The notes below the pieces were generated by a model. The model searched no databases and had not been told where the DNA came from. It worked only from the letters and a program-made list of their open reading frames with translations. The translations under genes and the position numbers were made by a program. Positions 61,301 to 64,000 of a stretch of 64,000 nt of DNA are shown here, piece by piece; positions within the stretch are counted from its first letter, which is position 1; each line of letters starts with the position of its first letter. Where the stretch lies: contig CATNEN010000001.1 in NCBI GenBank assembly GCA_950097015.1, positions 22,258,001 to 22,322,000 of the forward strand. The letters run 5' to 3'. The DNA is from Macrostomum hystrix (taxonomy: Eukaryota > Animalia > Platyhelminthes).

Positions 61301-62758
61301 GATTAAAATTAAAGTACAGCTCAGTTCCACTCACAGATCTCATCCGCTGAGAATTGTTCGCGAAAGAATTCTTCAGGCGAGCCGTTGGTCATCCACGCGT
61401 CATACTCCATGTACAGGCCCTATGGGGTGGATTATTGAAAAGTTTTAGATTAAAAGTTTGCATTTCCACAGGATAACATTCGAAAATCATCCAAATTTCA
61501 CAACATCCAAAAGCATTATCAGCTTCTACCCTTCGGAGCATTGTGCTGAGACTCAGGGTGAGACTCAAGAGAGAGAAGTGAGACTGAGGGGGTGAGATTC
61601 AGGATGTCGGGTGAGACTCAGAAGTTAGAAGACTGGGGTTGAAAGCGGAGGCACCCAACCCCCGAAAGGCATTTTGGAATTATGTTGTATGTGACATTTT
61701 CAAGTTTAGGAAGTTTGAACTGGACCCAAATGCGGACACCACAGCATTCGTTATTATGAACATCGGTTATTACGAATACTAAGCTCAAAAATGGGACTCA
61801 CATTGGATGTGAAACAGTTGGACAGCGCAAGGAACCACCAGCGTTCTCTAGTCGACTTGAAGCGGACTTGAACGTCACAAGAAATGGTTCGGTTAGAATC
61901 GGACCTCACACACTCTCCGTAGATCGGGCTGAGACGAATCAGCTGATAATTTTCAGGACTCAGAACCGACTCCTTCTGCGTGCAGGACTGGAAAATTTGA
62001 ACACAATTAGCAAATGCCTAGTTAACTTTAATTCACTAATTTATAATTAATAATATCGTAAACTTACAGTGTCCTTGCCATAGACAGATCTCCAAAGATT
62101 TGGTCTGTCCCAATAAAACAGCAAATTTTGAGTCAAGTAGCTCTGAAATGAAACAGTTGTAATTTTTTCTTTTTAGATTGAGAGAATACAGCACTGCCAC
62201 TTGAGTAAATGAAAAAATATCCAAAACAGTAGTACAAACCACAGGATAGTTTAGCTTCATGCTGAGCTTTCCTTTTTCCGAAAGAAAGCAGAATCTAGTC
62301 AAGAAGTGCCATTGCTGAAATGAATGGTCATGCTGCTTTAAGCAAAGAAAATTATAATTTGCACTAGATTGAAAGTATGCCCTAATAAACCCTTGATATA
62401 TTAAGTTCTTAATAAATGCGTTTCAACCTAATTACGCACTACTTTTAGAAGCAAAAATATTACATTTATACATCAGTTAATACTAGTTATAAGTTACTAG
62501 AAATTTAGTAATTACTATTTTACCAGAAAGAGTAATTAGTGTTAATTAAGATAAAAATGGTAAATGAAAAGAACTTTTAAATTAAAGGAATATTACATGG
62601 ACCAATTCAAGACTTTGCTCGGTGCCTTGAATCGGTCATATTATTATAGTTAATTTACTTACGTCGTTTGTCTTTAGGACTCCTCGGACATGCTTAGCAC
62701 TAGTAGACAAAAAATAAAAGCCACCGATAAAGAAAATCAAAGTTGAAATTATATTCAT
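58302..62758 (-). CDS. TMEM145: TMEM145 (GPR180/TMEM145 family; GOLD domain plus 7TM); exons 62663-62758, 62240-62314, 62068-62142, 61802-61987, 61335-61419, 61189-61260, 60957-61106, 60117-60643, 58302-58775
   Basis: Signal peptide, [61 protein letters not shown]; all junctions in frame. Confidence 0.92.
58900..59703 (-). mobile_element. SINE family 2 copy split by the 17-bp array
   Basis: Tail motif CAGATGTACAGCCGCAGCTATTGCGC left of the array; CCATTTTACAGCTGGGCGAACTGAAGC and head CTCTAACCACTGCGCTA right of it. Confidence 0.7.
58943..59545 (+). repeat. 17-bp minisatellite (same family as 2905 and 21745), ~35 near-identical units
   Basis: Read directly from the sequence. Confidence 0.97.
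59800..60049 (-). mobile_element. SINE family 1 with deletions
   Basis: Matches the family consensus. Confidence 0.85.
60680..60922 (+). repeat. 20-bp minisatellite CTGTCTAACAGGTGACACTC
   Basis: About 12 diverged units filling a TMEM145 intron. Confidence 0.9.
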
Positions 62759-64000
62759 TGCTAAATTGGTATGAATGCAGTTTTTTAACTAAAATAATTT
62801 TCCTTCAAAATCAATAGAGTATTATTGAACTCCTAAGCACAAAATAAGTTTCTAAAGAGCTATATTGCCCAGTAAGCAAAATATGCTATTAATTCACTTA
62901 AAACTGTTGACAGAAAAAATGGAATGAAAAAGACGGTGTTAAAATAAACAGAAAATCAACAAACATTAATGCAGGCATCAGAAAAATCTTTCAGAGCCAT
63001 TAAGAAACTAAAGGTATCCTTTTAATCACTAATTTAGCTTTAAACTTACAGATCGTTCAGTTTGTAATAATATTAAGTTTGTGTTTGTTTATAACGCAAC
63101 TCTTCCGGATTACCGTAACACTAATTTGCTATTCTCCTGAATTGGATAGAAGTAGTGCACTGCAGACTAATATATCGAGCTCATTTCGCACGTATATATG
63201 TCCGAATCATTAGAATATTCATTGGGTTTTCGCAAAAAATATTAGATTACCAAAAACAATGCAAAAAGTTCAGGGTCTAATATAAATAAAAACGGTCCTT
63301 TTTAGGGTCCACGAAAATTATCATATTTCATTTGAACTTTAGTCGGATCCCGATTAATAAGGAAATTTAAGTATTCTTATTAAAATTAAAATATGTATAA
63401 AATTATATAATGTAGGTACACCTTACCTCATTTGTTTAAATCAATTAGGGCTATAAAATGATTTATTTATATTGCTCTCCGATTCCAAGGCAAGATACAT
63501 ACTCGATGTAATCATACGTAATTATATATTTTCAACACCTAAGAAAATATGAAACTTTTGTTCTAAACCAAATCCTATTGTCATAAGCAAGTCGCACCGT
63601 CAGCTTAATTGGCTAACTTTTTTATATCGCGCGAGAGAGGGATCCCATCATGGAGATCTCGATATGCTCTTAAGTTGGTAAACAGCGTCCATATAAAGTG
63701 TTGAAAAATGTAATACTCGAACAATATGAATTACCTAGATCAAATCTACAAAAAAGATCTACTAAGCAAGTTAGATCAGCTCATTTATTGTTTGGGTTTA
63801 TTGTCACGGCAATGTTTTTAATCGTATTGCTTTTCGTGGAATAGTAAAACAGCAGATATAGAAAATGCATGAGGGAAAGCAAAATTTGGATGTTATCACA
63901 GTCGTAGTAAATAGATCCGATAAAGTCTTTCCTCAGGCCTCCCTTAGAGCCAAGTAATTTCGGCTTAACTCTAACCAGGCCCCAACCAGGTAGCCGCGGT

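Overview
Eukaryotic (metazoan) nuclear DNA with GT-AG introns; no prokaryotic operons or CRISPR arrays. The very high minisatellite load, polyQ-coding CAG runs and gene set suggest a free-living flatworm such as Macrostomum, but that is inference. Spliced genes I could reconstruct: a 14-exon ATP8A-type P4-ATPase flippase (-), two tandem 6-exon SLC24/NCKX paralogues (-) with a dynein-light-chain gene (+) between them, an otopetrin-like gene (+), a 9-exon TMEM145 (-), an ApoL/alpha-pore-former-like 2-exon gene (-), and several coiled-coil orphan genes, one with a perfect RFX X-box upstream. About 20% of the window (~12.5 kb by rough sum) is about 20 tandem arrays, mostly intronic. There are also about 15 copies or fragments of a tRNA-derived SINE, a second CORE-type SINE, and non-LTR retrotransposon debris. 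Most notable: (i) a 17-bp minisatellite associated with hAT/Buster-type ends at three loci and found without them at a fourth; (ii) a 72-bp array whose unit joins a SINE B-box fragment to a local splice-donor-like sequence; (iii) the NCKX paralogues differ at the K+-dependence residue; (iv) nearly every long flippase intron holds its own array; (v) a SINE hairpin carrying collapsed hammerhead-core motifs. Exon coordinates were read by eye and repeat edges are approximate.
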